Position numbers and translations under genes: made by a program. Shown here in pieces: positions 1 to 9,754 of a DNA stretch of 57,666 bases; position 1 is the first letter of the stretch, and each line of letters starts with the position of its first letter. The notes under the pieces were generated by a model, which did not search any database, was not told the origin of the DNA, and saw only the letters and a program-made list of their open reading frames with translations. Source of the stretch: Mollicutes bacterium (GTDB lineage Bacteria; Bacillota_I; Bacilli_A; RF39; UBA660); NCBI GenBank assembly GCA_012841205.1, contig DUVE01000004.1:1-57666 (forward strand), written 5' to 3'.

Positions 1-276
1 ATCATCCGGGTACTCATTTAAAAAAATTATGATATGAGTAAGATTAACCATATCAAATATATATCAAAGAAGTTTAATTCCTTTCTATATCAAATAGATA
101 AACACATGAACAGTAATATTCTAGTTAGTAGTGTATTTGCGAATATTAGGTATTATGCATTAAGAGATAATTGGTTGACATTATCTCTTTCTTTTATAAA
201 AAAGCAATTCATTATATAACTAGAAAAATAATGAATTATGATATATAATATCTAAGTAAAAAAAGGAGGTGAAAGT

Positions 277-2091
277 ATGAATTATGAAGTTATAGTTGTT
301 GGTGGAGGACATGCAGGATGTGAAGCAGCACTTGCTTGTGCTAAAAAAGGGCATAAAACATTATTAGTAACAGGAAATATTAATAATATAGCTACACTCC
401 CTTGTAATCCTTCAATAGGGGGAAGCGCAAAAGGTATAGTTGTTAGGGAAATTGATGCTTTGGGCGGTGTAATGGGGAAAGTTGCAGATAAAACCCAGAT
501 TCAAATGAAAATGCTTAATAGCGCAAAAGGTCCAGCTGTAAGATCACTTAGATCACAGACAGATAAAATAATATATCCCAAAGAAATGTTAGAAGTATTA
601 AAAAAGCAAGAAAACCTTGAACTAAAGGAAGCAATGGTTGAAGATTTAATTGTTGAAAATGAAAAAGTATATGGGATTGTGTTAGCTGATAATACAAAAA
701 TAAAAAGCGAAATTGTTATATTGACGACAGGAACATATTTAAAAAGTGATATTTTAGTTGGTAATGTAAGGACCAGTAGTGGTCCAGCAGGTGAAAAGCC
801 ATCTCTTCATTTAAGTGATAATTTAAAAAAATATGGATTTGAAATATTAAGATTAAAAACAGGAACTCCTCAAAGAATAAAGAAAAGTACCATTGATTTT
901 AGTAAAACAAAGATAGAAAACGGAGATGAAGAACTACTATGTTTTAGTTTTGATGATAAACCAAACTATAATATTGAAGATCAAGTGCCTTGTCATCTAA
1001 TTTATACAACACCTCAAACCCATAAAATAATAAGAGATAATTTAAATAAAGCAAGTATGTATGGTGGCTTAGATGATATTACTGGAATAGGGCCTAGATA
1101 TTGTCCTTCGATAGAGGATAAAATAGTTCGTTTTGCAGATAAAGAAAAACATCAATTATTTTTAGAACCAGAAAGTAGATATTGTGACGAAATATATTTG
1201 CAAGGGTTTTCTACAAGTATGCCTCATGATGTACAAGAGTTAATGGTTCATACTTTGCCAGGTTTAGAAAACGCCACAATTTTAAAATATGCCTATGCTA
1301 TAGAATATGATGCAATATATCCAACACAATTAAAACCAAGTTTGGAAACAAAGGTTATAGAAAATCTGTTTACTGCTGGTCAAATTAACGGGACAAGTGG
1401 GTATGAGGAAGCTGCAGGGCAAGGTTTAATAGCTGGAATAAATGCTTCATTAAAATTAGAAGGCAAGGAACCATTAATTTTAAAAAGAAATGAATCATAC
1501 ATTGGTGTAATGATAGATGACCTAATAACAAAAGGAACTGATGAACCATATCGTCTGCTAACTTCTAGAGCTGAATATCGCTTATTACTTAGACATGATA
1601 ATGCTGATTTAAGATTAAGAGAATACGGATATAAAGTTGGTTTAATAGAAGAATTAAAATATAAGAGATTATTAGAAAAAAAGAACCAAATTGAGTCATT
1701 GATAGATGAACTTAAACGTTTATATATAAAAGAATATAATTGTAATGCTCATCTTTTATTAAAAAGACCTGAGATTAAAATAAAAGATATTAAAAAATAT
1801 CTTAGTTATAATGATGAAGAAATATTAGAGCAAGTTGAAATTAACATAAAATATGAAGGATATATAAATAAAACTATAAAAGAAGCTGAAAAAATGATAA
1901 AAAATGAAGAAAAAATAATTCCAAGTGATATTGATTATGATAAAATACCTAATTTAGCTACTGAAGCAAGACAAAAACTAAAAGAAGTAAGACCTTTATC
2001 AATCGGTCAAGCTATTAGAATCAGTGGGGTTAACCCATCAGATATTTCAATTTTAACAATATATTTAAGAAAGCATTATGCAAATGTCTGA
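277..2091 (+). CDS. mnmG: tRNA uridine-5-carboxymethylaminomethyl modification enzyme MnmG (GidA)
   Basis: 604 aa; N-terminal FAD fold VIVVGGGHAGCEAA; full-length GidA-like sequence; SD AAGGAGGTG upstream of ATG 277; followed by rsmG. Confidence 0.97.
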   Translation: MNYEVIVVGGGHAGCEAALACAKKGHKTLLVTGNINNIATLPCNPSIGGSAKGIVVREIDALGGVMGKVADKTQIQMKMLNSAKGPAVRSLRSQTDKIIYPKEMLEVLKKQENLELKEAMVEDLIVENEKVYGIVLADNTKIKSEIVILTTGTYLKSDILVGNVRTSSGPAGEKPSLHLSDNLKKYGFEILRLKTGTPQRIKKSTIDFSKTKIENGDEELLCFSFDDKPNYNIEDQVPCHLIYTTPQTHKIIRDNLNKASMYGGLDDITGIGPRYCPSIEDKIVRFADKEKHQLFLEPESRYCDEIYLQGFSTSMPHDVQELMVHTLPGLENATILKYAYAIEYDAIYPTQLKPSLETKVIENLFTAGQINGTSGYEEAAGQGLIAGINASLKLEGKEPLILKRNESYIGVMIDDLITKGTDEPYRLLTSRAEYRLLLRHDNADLRLREYGYKVGLIEELKYKRLLEKKNQIESLIDELKRLYIKEYNCNAHLLLKRPEIKIKDIKKYLSYNDEEILEQVEINIKYEGYINKTIKEAEKMIKNEEKIIPSDIDYDKIPNLATEARQKLKEVRPLSIGQAIRISGVNPSDISILTIYLRKHYANV

Positions 2092-2788
2092 GCAATTATT
2101 CATAGAAGAATTAAAAAAATTAGGTATAAATATAAATAGTAATCAATTAAAGCAATTAGAAAAATATTATGAATTATTAATAGAAAAAAATAAGGTAATG
2201 AATTTAACTAATATTACTGAAAAAGAAAGTGTATATTTAAAACATTTTTATGATAGTCTTACTTTAACTAAGGTTGAGGACTTTAATAAAGTCGAAAATT
2301 TATGTGATGTTGGAACAGGTGCTGGATTCCCTGGTCTTGTAATAAAAATAATTTTTCCTAATCTTCATGTTGTTTTGGTTGATAGTTTAAATAAACGAAT
2401 AAAATTCTTAAAGGAAGTAATAAGTGAATTGAATTTAGAGAAAATAGAAACAATTCATGCTCGTGCCGAGGAATATGCTAAAGAAAATAGAAATAGATTC
2501 GATATTGTTACATCAAGAGCTGTAGCAAGGCTTTCAATATTAAATGAATTTTGCCTTCCAATGGTTAAAATTGGAGGTAGTTTCATATGTATGAAAGGTA
2601 ATGCATCAGAAGAACTAAAAGAAGATAAGAAAAGTATAAAAATTCTTAATAGTAGAATAGAAAAAATAGAAGAATTTTTCTTACCTATAGAGGAAAGTAC
2701 GCGAACTCTTATAAAAATAAGAAGAGAGGGACATATAGATTATAAATATCCTCGTTCTTTTAAAGAAACTAAGAAAAAACCATTGTAA
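2078..2788 (+). CDS. rsmG: 16S rRNA (guanine527-N7)-methyltransferase RsmG (GidB)
   Basis: 236 aa; SAM motif DVGTGAGFPG; overlaps mnmG stop; canonical mnmG-rsmG pairing. Start could be 2084. Confidence 0.93.
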   Translation: MQMSEQLFIEELKKLGININSNQLKQLEKYYELLIEKNKVMNLTNITEKESVYLKHFYDSLTLTKVEDFNKVENLCDVGTGAGFPGLVIKIIFPNLHVVLVDSLNKRIKFLKEVISELNLEKIETIHARAEEYAKENRNRFDIVTSRAVARLSILNEFCLPMVKIGGSFICMKGNASEELKEDKKSIKILNSRIEKIEEFFLPIEESTRTLIKIRREGHIDYKYPRSFKETKKKPL

Positions 2789-2842
2789 AAAAGGATTTTT
2801 AATAGTATTATATAATTAGTATAGAATATGGAGGGGTCCAGA

Positions 2843-4156
2843 ATGAATGAAAAAATTGAAAAGGAAATAGTTAATTTATTTATAGATGATATATTACCTA
2901 ATAGATTCCAACCACGTTTAACTTTTGATGAAAAAGCATTAAATGAACTTGCCGATTCTATAAGACAACATGGAATTATACAACCATTAGTTGTAAGAAA
3001 ATTAAATGATAAATATGAAATAATCGCTGGTGAGCGTCGTTATAAAGCCGCTCAATTAGCTGGATTGCAAAAAGTTCCTGCTATTGTAATGAATTTAAAT
3101 GACAACGAAAGTGCTGAAGTTGCTGTTGTAGAGAACATTCAAAGAAAAGATTTGTCAGCACTCGAAGAAGCAGAATCATATAAAAAATTACTTGATAAAG
3201 GATATTTAACCCAAGAACAATTAGCTAATAGAATGGGAAAGAATCAATCAACTATTTCTAATAAGTTGAGATTACTTGGTCTTTCTCCCGAAGTAAAAGA
3301 AGCTTTATTGAATGGAAAAATATCTGAACGTCATGCAAGAAGTTTACTAAATTTAAAGAATGCAGAAGATCAAAAACAAGTTTTAGAAAAAATTATAAGT
3401 AGCAAACTGACTGTAAGACAAACTGATGATTTAATAAAAACCATTCAAAATCCAGCAATGCAATCTCAAACTTCACCTAATATTGAATTAGAAAAAGAAA
3501 AACCAGATGTAATTGAAAATATAATTCCATCAGTAGAAACACTAGATTTTAATGAAACTTTAAATAATTCATTAGATCAAGTCCCTTCAGCTCCAATTCC
3601 TTATATAGATATGCCAAGAATAAAGGAAGAACCTATTATTTCAAATATACAAGAAGCTCCTTTATTACAACCAGCAGGTGAAAATGAAGGTATAGGAACA
3701 GTTGATGTTGATCAAATAAAGGAAAAAGCTGAAGATATCAATCCTGTTAAGGAAAATGCCGATGTAAATAAATTATTAGGAATAACTCCTGCAGATGATA
3801 ATATAAGTACTCCTAATATAGAGCATGAAAAACCAGAAGCAGGACCTCGTTTTATCATGTTTCCTGAAGAAGCAGAAGCTGAAAAAAATAAAATCAATGA
3901 ATCTAACGACATTAAAAATGATTTTCATCAAGGAAATCAATCAAAAACATTTACTGATAGTCTGGTAGCGGAATATCGTCAAACAAATGGAATAGTAAAT
4001 GATAAAAAAGAACTTGATCCAAATGATTTAAATAGTGGTGTAAAAGCTATAAGAAGCGCTGTTGATGAACTTAAAACAGCAGGTTTTAAAGTAAATGTTG
4101 AAGATTTTGATTTTGAAAATATCTATCAAATGATTATTAAAATAGAAAAGAATTAA
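2843..4156 (+). CDS. noc: ParB-family protein, Noc-type (nucleoid occlusion protein-like) with long internal insertion
   Basis: ParB N-domain with GERRYKAA arginine patch. HTH GKNQSTISNKLRLL...ERHAR matches B. subtilis Noc (GKGQSTIANKLRLL...ERHAR, from memory) rather than Spo0J (GKSRPHIANHLRLL...GHGR). The last ~40 aa resemble the Noc C-terminus. Sits after rsmG as in B. subtilis. SD GGAGGGG lies 6 nt before ATG 2843, so the ORF-track start 2828 is unlikely. Confidence 0.8.
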   Translation: MNEKIEKEIVNLFIDDILPNRFQPRLTFDEKALNELADSIRQHGIIQPLVVRKLNDKYEIIAGERRYKAAQLAGLQKVPAIVMNLNDNESAEVAVVENIQRKDLSALEEAESYKKLLDKGYLTQEQLANRMGKNQSTISNKLRLLGLSPEVKEALLNGKISERHARSLLNLKNAEDQKQVLEKIISSKLTVRQTDDLIKTIQNPAMQSQTSPNIELEKEKPDVIENIIPSVETLDFNETLNNSLDQVPSAPIPYIDMPRIKEEPIISNIQEAPLLQPAGENEGIGTVDVDQIKEKAEDINPVKENADVNKLLGITPADDNISTPNIEHEKPEAGPRFIMFPEEAEAEKNKINESNDIKNDFHQGNQSKTFTDSLVAEYRQTNGIVNDKKELDPNDLNSGVKAIRSAVDELKTAGFKVNVEDFDFENIYQMIIKIEKN

Positions 4157-4162
4157 AGAATT

Positions 4163-6085
4163 TTACCTTATCTGTGGTTCACTACCTCTTAGATAAAACA
4201 AAATTCTTTTTTTGTTGCTTGCTTCATCGTTAATATTTCCATTAATAGGATTAACTAAAGTGCCAACAACATTTTCTGGAATTTCATACCAAGATGATTC
4301 TTTATCTTTTAAATATCCTTCAGCTGTATCGACCCATATATTTTTTGAATATTTGGAAGCTCCTGTTTGTAATAATTTATTATCATCGTATCCTGTCCAA
4401 ACACCAACTAATAAGTCGGGATTATATCCAATTGCCCAAGCATCAAAGTCTGTTGTTCCTGTTTTTAAAGCCCATTTATTAGATATTTTATGAGATATAT
4501 TTAAACAAGTAGGAGTATTATAATCAAGCATATTGTAATCATAAGTTGTAGTTAATAGTTCATTTAATATATAAGTTACATTTTTATCAAGTACTGTTTC
4601 TTCAACATTTTTATGTTCATATATAACGTTTCCTTTTAAATCCGTAATTTTGTTAATCAAATGAAGGTCACGTTTTATTCCTTCGCTTGCTAAAGTACTA
4701 TATCCTGTTAAAAAATCGATAATATTTAATTCTCCTGTTCCAAGAGCAAGTGAAGCGTCGGGATTTAGTTTTTCTTTAACACCTACTCTTTTCATCGTCT
4801 TTACAAGAACATCTTCACCAAGAAAAAGATGAGTTTTAACGGCATAAATATTATCAGAATAGGCAATAGCAGCAGCCATTGATATTGGTTTATTAGGATA
4901 ATATTTTCCATAATTACTAGGAGCATAAGAATTGTTATTACCAAAAGTAAAGATTGTAGGTTCACTTAAAAAGGTAGTTGAAGAAGTAAGCCCATTTTCT
5001 AAGGCGGCATAATAAAGAAATGGTTTGATTGCAGAACCAACTTGTCTTTTTGAATCAACAGCTCTATTGAACTGTGATTTTAAATAATCTTTACCACCCG
5101 TTAAAGCAATTATTTTACCTGTCTTAGGTTCTACAACAACACTTGCAACCTGCATATCCTCAATTTCTTTCAAATTATTATTAACGGCGTTTTCTAAAAT
5201 GGTTTGAGCATTTATATTAAGATTTGTATATATATTTAGACCACCAGTTTCAATTAACGATGAGGGAATATACTTTATATTATGAAGTTCTTCCATAACT
5301 GCATCTTGATAGTACATTAAAGTTGCTAAATCATATTTTTCTTTTTTTCCAATATAAAAAAGTTCAGTATTAAAAGCATCTTCTTTTTCTTCTTCAGTTA
5401 TATAATTGTTATTTACCATGCTTGTTAAAATAATATTTTGTCTACTTTTTGCTTTTAATTCATCATTTAGAGGTGAATAGTTATTTGGTGATTTTGGAAT
5501 TCCAGCTAACATAGAAGCTTCTGCAAGAGTAAGATCTTCTGCACTTTTGTCAAAATAATACCTTGAGGCATTTTCTATCCCTAAAACACCATTTCCATAA
5601 TTTATTGTATTTAGATAACCTTCTAAGATTTCATCTTTTGAATATTGAACTTCCATTTTTATTGTAAGCCAAGCTTCCTCGATCTTTCTTTCCCATTTTT
5701 TATCGAAATCAAGATATAAGTTTTTAACATATTGTTGTGTTATAGTTGAAGCACCTTGAACATATTCTTTTGCCTTAGCATTTTCATATAAGGATTTAAG
5801 AATTCTTAAATAATCAAATCCAACATGATGATAAAAATTTTTATCCTCGATAGATAAAGTAGCATTAATTATATGTTTTGACATTCTATCAAGTGAAATC
5901 CATTCTTTCTGTCCATTTCCTTGAAAAAAAAGATTTTCAGAATCATCATATAAAAAAACATTACTAGCATTTTTAATATTAATTTTAGATGATAATTTAG
6001 CAGCAGTATAAAAACCATAATGAATAAAAATAAAAGAAAAAATAAAGAAACACATAATAAAAAGAAGCCATTTTATTTTTTTCAT
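4163..6085 (-). CDS. Class A penicillin-binding protein (GT51 transglycosylase + transpeptidase)
   Basis: 640 aa; N-terminal TM; GT51 motif SIEDKNFYHHVGFD; transpeptidase motifs SAIK (SxxK), SDN (SxN), KTGTT (KTG); SD AGGTGA upstream on - strand. Confidence 0.92.
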   Translation of the reverse strand: MKKIKWLLFIMCFFIFSFIFIHYGFYTAAKLSSKINIKNASNVFLYDDSENLFFQGNGQKEWISLDRMSKHIINATLSIEDKNFYHHVGFDYLRILKSLYENAKAKEYVQGASTITQQYVKNLYLDFDKKWERKIEEAWLTIKMEVQYSKDEILEGYLNTINYGNGVLGIENASRYYFDKSAEDLTLAEASMLAGIPKSPNNYSPLNDELKAKSRQNIILTSMVNNNYITEEEKEDAFNTELFYIGKKEKYDLATLMYYQDAVMEELHNIKYIPSSLIETGGLNIYTNLNINAQTILENAVNNNLKEIEDMQVASVVVEPKTGKIIALTGGKDYLKSQFNRAVDSKRQVGSAIKPFLYYAALENGLTSSTTFLSEPTIFTFGNNNSYAPSNYGKYYPNKPISMAAAIAYSDNIYAVKTHLFLGEDVLVKTMKRVGVKEKLNPDASLALGTGELNIIDFLTGYSTLASEGIKRDLHLINKITDLKGNVIYEHKNVEETVLDKNVTYILNELLTTTYDYNMLDYNTPTCLNISHKISNKWALKTGTTDFDAWAIGYNPDLLVGVWTGYDDNKLLQTGASKYSKNIWVDTAEGYLKDKESSWYEIPENVVGTLVNPINGNINDEASNKKRILFYLRGSEPQIR

Positions 6086-6252
6086 CCAATCACCTAAATC
6101 CCTATGTTTATTATGTTTATAAAACTTAAAAATATAACATTCTTGTATATCAAGTCAAAGGAATAAACATCATAAAGTAATATTATATGATATTTAGTTT
6201 CTTTTTTTTTTAAGTTATGTTATAATTGCAACGAATAATTTATAGGTGAGAT

Positions 6253-6624
6253 ATGAAAAATGTTCAAATTAAAATGAGTATTATTGACAATTTAGGTGAA
6301 GAAACAGTTATTTCGCAAAAAGGAAGTTATGATAAAGTAAATACCATAACATTTAATGAAAAAGAAGTATTAGTAAAAATTAAAATGGATAATATAATTG
6401 TTATTGAAAGAAAAAGTAATGAATATGAGATGAAACTTATTTTTGATGAAGAAAATATGACTAAATCATCTTACATCATATATAATCCAAACATGGTATT
6501 AGAGCTGAAGATAAAAACCTTAATGATAAAAAAAGATAGAAATTCATTTTATATAAAGTACAAATTAACTATGAACAACGAAGAGATTGGGATTTTTATA
6601 ATTGATTTTAAGTGGGAGGAATAA
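6253..6624 (+). CDS. DUF1934 (YwiB-like) small beta-barrel protein
   Basis: 123 aa; sits immediately upstream of and overlaps argS, the conserved ywiB-argS arrangement of Firmicutes. Assignment rests mainly on position and size. Confidence 0.6.
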   Translation: MKNVQIKMSIIDNLGEETVISQKGSYDKVNTITFNEKEVLVKIKMDNIIVIERKSNEYEMKLIFDEENMTKSSYIIYNPNMVLELKIKTLMIKKDRNSFYIKYKLTMNNEEIGIFIIDFKWEE

Positions 6625-6625
6625 T

Positions 6626-8239
6626 ATGTATATAAAAGAAGAAATAAAGATAATAATAGAAGAAGCATTGAAACAGATGAATATAAATGATATTGACGTT
6701 ATATTAGATATTCCAAATGAAAAGAAAAATGGTGATTATGCGACTAATGTTGCAATGAAATTAGCGTCAAAACTTAAGAAAAACCCAGTAGAGATAGCAA
6801 ACGAAATAAAACAGATTATTGGAGTAAATGAATATATTGAAAAAATCGAGATAGCTGGACCAGGATTTTTAAATTTTTTTATAAATAAGAAGATATTATT
6901 TAATGTAATTAATGATGTTTTAAAAAAAGATAAGGATTATGGAAAAAGTGAAATAGGAGCTGGCGAAAAAATCAATGTAGAGTTTGCAAGTGTTAATCCA
7001 ACAGGTATTATTCATTTAGGCCATGCAAGAGGAAGTGCTTATGGGGATAATATATGTAGAATTTTAGATTTTGCGGGTTTTAATGTTACAAGGGAATATT
7101 ATGTAAATGATGGTGGAAATCAAATATTCAATCTTGGAAAGTCAATCCAAGCAAGATACTTTGGATTTTGTGGTCTTGAGGAAAACATGCCGGAAGATGG
7201 TTATTATGGTAAGGAAATAATAGATATAGCAAAAAAAATATATGATGAACAAAAAGATGCTTATTTGGATAAACCTGTAACATTTTTCGGAGATATAGGA
7301 CTTGAGTTATTATTAAATAGAATAAAAGAAGATTTAAAAAATTTTAGAGTACACTTTGATATATTCACAAGTGAGAGAAAAATAAGGGAAGCAGGGCGTA
7401 TAGAAGAAGCTTTAGACAAACTATCAAGTCTTGGTAAAACATATACGAAAGAAGAAGCTTTATGGTTAAAATCAAGTGATTATGGCGATGAAAAAGATAG
7501 AGTTTTGATTAAAAGTGATAATGAATATGCATACATTACACCAGATATAGCTTATCATTTAGATAAGATTAGTCGTGGATATGACAAGTTGATTAATGTT
7601 TTTGGTGCTGATCATCATGGTTATGTTCCAAGACTTAAGGCAGCTATTGAAGCTTTAGGATATGAAAAAGAAAAGTTAGAAGTTAAAATTATTCAAATGG
7701 TTAGGCTTTTAAGAGGCGGAGAAGAAGTCAAAATGAGTAAAAGAACAGGAAATGTTGTAACTGTTACTGAACTTGTTGAAGAAGTTGGAATAAATGCAGC
7801 ACGTTACTTCTTTGCAATGAGAAATATAGATGCTCAAATGGATTTCGATATAGAACTAGCCATCAAGAAAGCTCAAGATAATCCAGTTTATTATGTTTCA
7901 TATGCAAATGCAAGAATATGTTCGCTTCTTAAGGGCAGAGAACTTAAAAAAGTAGAAAAGTTTAGTACCATTGAAAGTGAATATGCATATGATATTTTAC
8001 AAAAAATCAATGAGTTTAAAAATGTTGTGGAAGCAAGCGCTTTAAAGAGAATGCCTCATCTTATTACTAATTATGTTTATGACCTTGCTAACGCATTGCA
8101 TATATATTATAATAATGAGCAGATTTTATCTGATGATGAGATATATACAAATGAACGATTATTACTCGTTAAGTCAGTTAAAATAGTAATAAATAATGCA
8201 CTTAATTTAATTGGCGTTAAAGCCCCAGAAAAAATGTAG
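6626..8239 (+). CDS. argS: Arginine--tRNA ligase
   Basis: Class I motifs (SVNPTGIIHLGHARG = HIGH region, KMSKRTG = KMSKS); SD GGGAGGA precedes ATG 6626. ORF-track start 6602 is a TTG extension. Confidence 0.96.
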   Translation: MYIKEEIKIIIEEALKQMNINDIDVILDIPNEKKNGDYATNVAMKLASKLKKNPVEIANEIKQIIGVNEYIEKIEIAGPGFLNFFINKKILFNVINDVLKKDKDYGKSEIGAGEKINVEFASVNPTGIIHLGHARGSAYGDNICRILDFAGFNVTREYYVNDGGNQIFNLGKSIQARYFGFCGLEENMPEDGYYGKEIIDIAKKIYDEQKDAYLDKPVTFFGDIGLELLLNRIKEDLKNFRVHFDIFTSERKIREAGRIEEALDKLSSLGKTYTKEEALWLKSSDYGDEKDRVLIKSDNEYAYITPDIAYHLDKISRGYDKLINVFGADHHGYVPRLKAAIEALGYEKEKLEVKIIQMVRLLRGGEEVKMSKRTGNVVTVTELVEEVGINAARYFFAMRNIDAQMDFDIELAIKKAQDNPVYYVSYANARICSLLKGRELKKVEKFSTIESEYAYDILQKINEFKNVVEASALKRMPHLITNYVYDLANALHIYYNNEQILSDDEIYTNERLLLVKSVKIVINNALNLIGVKAPEKM

Positions 8240-8248
8240 GAGGGAACT

Positions 8249-8677
8249 ATGGATATTTATAAAATTGATAAAAGTGAATTAGAATTATTATCGTATAATG
8301 ATATAGCATATCAAATTATTAAACAAGGGAAAAAATCTAAAACTACAGTTGACTTGTTTAGAGAAATATGTGATCTTCTTGAAATAAGTGAAGAATTTGA
8401 AAACCTTATTGCTGATTTTTTTACATCTCTTACAACCGATAAAAGATTTATCTTACTTAATAGTACAAATTGGGATTTAAGAGAAAATCATGTTGTAAAC
8501 ATTGTAGTTGATGAAAGTGAAGAGGAATATGAGGAAATTACTGAAGAAATAGAAGAAGATAATGTATCAACGGATGATGACTATGATTTTGATGAAGATG
8601 TCGTTGATGATAGTGATGATGATAGCGATATTGAGGATTTAAAAATAATTAGTGAAGATGATGAATTAGAAGAATAA
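8249..8677 (+). CDS. rpoE: DNA-directed RNA polymerase delta subunit RpoE
   Basis: 142 aa; N-terminal HARE-HTH-like region (FFTSLTTDKRFILLNSTNWDLR, compare B. subtilis [22 protein letters not shown]) followed by a strongly acidic D/E tail. Confidence 0.88.
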   Translation: MDIYKIDKSELELLSYNDIAYQIIKQGKKSKTTVDLFREICDLLEISEEFENLIADFFTSLTTDKRFILLNSTNWDLRENHVVNIVVDESEEEYEEITEEIEEDNVSTDDDYDFDEDVVDDSDDDSDIEDLKIISEDDELEE

Positions 8678-8698
8678 TCCTTTTTGGAGAGTGATAGT

Positions 8699-9754
8699 AT
8701 GATAGAGCGATTAGAAAACATTACAAAAAAGTATGAAGAATTGGAAAAACAGTTGATGAGCCCTGAAATAATAAATGACATCAAGGCAGCAACTGCTATT
8801 TCAAAAGAAAAAGTTCTTCTTGAAGATATTGTTATCGCATATGAAAAATATAAAAAGATCTTGGTTCAAATAGACGAAACTAAAGAACTGGTTAGTGATA
8901 GCGAGTTAGGACTTATGGCTAAGGAAGAATTAGAATCCTTGCAAATGCAAAAAGAAAAATTAGAAGAAGAAATAGAAATATTATTGATACCTAAAGATGA
9001 AAATGATACTAAAAATGTTATCATTGAAATTAGAGGCGCTGCTGGTGGGGCTGAAGCAAATATATTTGCAGGTGATCTGTACGAAATGTATACAAGATAT
9101 GCAGCAAATTTGGGTTTTAAAACGGAGTTAATATCTAGCATGCCAGGAGAAGCCGGGGGTTTCAGTCAAATTGAATTTATGGTTAAAGGAAATAATGTAT
9201 ATTCAAAATTTAAATATGAAAGTGGTGCACATAGGGTACAGAGGGTACCTTCAACTGAATCACAAGGTCGAGTTCATACATCAACAGCTACTGTAGCTGT
9301 TATTCCAGAACAAAAGAATGTCGATATTGAAATAAAAGAAAGTGATTTAAAAGTTGATGTATATCGTAGTAGTGGAGCCGGTGGACAATCTGTAAACACA
9401 ACCGATAGTGCTATTAGAATAACTCATATTCCTACAGGTATTGTTGTTACTTGTCAAAATGAACGTAGTCAGATAAAAAACAGGGAAAAGGCTCTTCAAA
9501 TCCTTAAAAATAAAATATATGAAGAAAATGCAAAGAAAAAAGAGGAAGAAGAAGGAGCTCTTCGTCGTTCAAAAATAGGGACTGGTGATCGTTCTGAAAA
9601 AATAAGGACTTATAATTATCCACAAAATAGAATAACAGATCACCGAATAAACCTTACAGTAATGCAATTAGATCGTATTATGTTAGGTAAATTAGAGGAA
9701 ATAATAGAACCACTTATAACAGAAGATTTGAAAAGAAAATTAGCAGGCGAATAA
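8699..9754 (+). CDS. prfA: Peptide chain release factor 1
   Basis: GGQ motif (SGAGGQSVNTT); RF1-type tripeptide region PST; followed by prmC; SD GGAGAG before ATG 8699. Confidence 0.96.
   Translation: MIERLENITKKYEELEKQLMSPEIINDIKAATAISKEKVLLEDIVIAYEKYKKILVQIDETKELVSDSELGLMAKEELESLQMQKEKLEEEIEILLIPKDENDTKNVIIEIRGAAGGAEANIFAGDLYEMYTRYAANLGFKTELISSMPGEAGGFSQIEFMVKGNNVYSKFKYESGAHRVQRVPSTESQGRVHTSTATVAVIPEQKNVDIEIKESDLKVDVYRSSGAGGQSVNTTDSAIRITHIPTGIVVTCQNERSQIKNREKALQILKNKIYEENAKKKEEEEGALRRSKIGTGDRSEKIRTYNYPQNRITDHRINLTVMQLDRIMLGKLEEIIEPLITEDLKRKLAGE

Noticed and set aside
34-219. 61-aa ORF upstream of mnmG
   Set aside because: It has no SD, its composition is typical of AT-rich non-coding DNA, and it lies in the mnmG promoter region (TATAAT at 244-249). 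I recognise no similarity.
8682-8701. 20-nt identical string TTTGGAGAGTGATAGTATGA at the prfA start (8682-8701) and the pth start (28294-28313); related GTGATAGTAT at 22428
   Set aside because: It coincides with the SD plus spacer plus ATG. Many genes here use GGTGAT-A(N)TATG-type initiation regions (fba, yabG, gyrB, recF leader). This most likely reflects a preferred translation-initiation context rather than a mobile or regulatory repeat. A genome-wide k-mer count could revisit this.
9616-9624. Perfect DnaA box TTATCCACA inside prfA, plus scattered 8/9 matches (e.g. 37330, 52963)
   Set aside because: It is a single isolated box within a CDS. About 0.4 perfect 9-mers are expected by chance in a window of this size. 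There is no cluster and no AT-rich unwinding element, so this is not an oriC.
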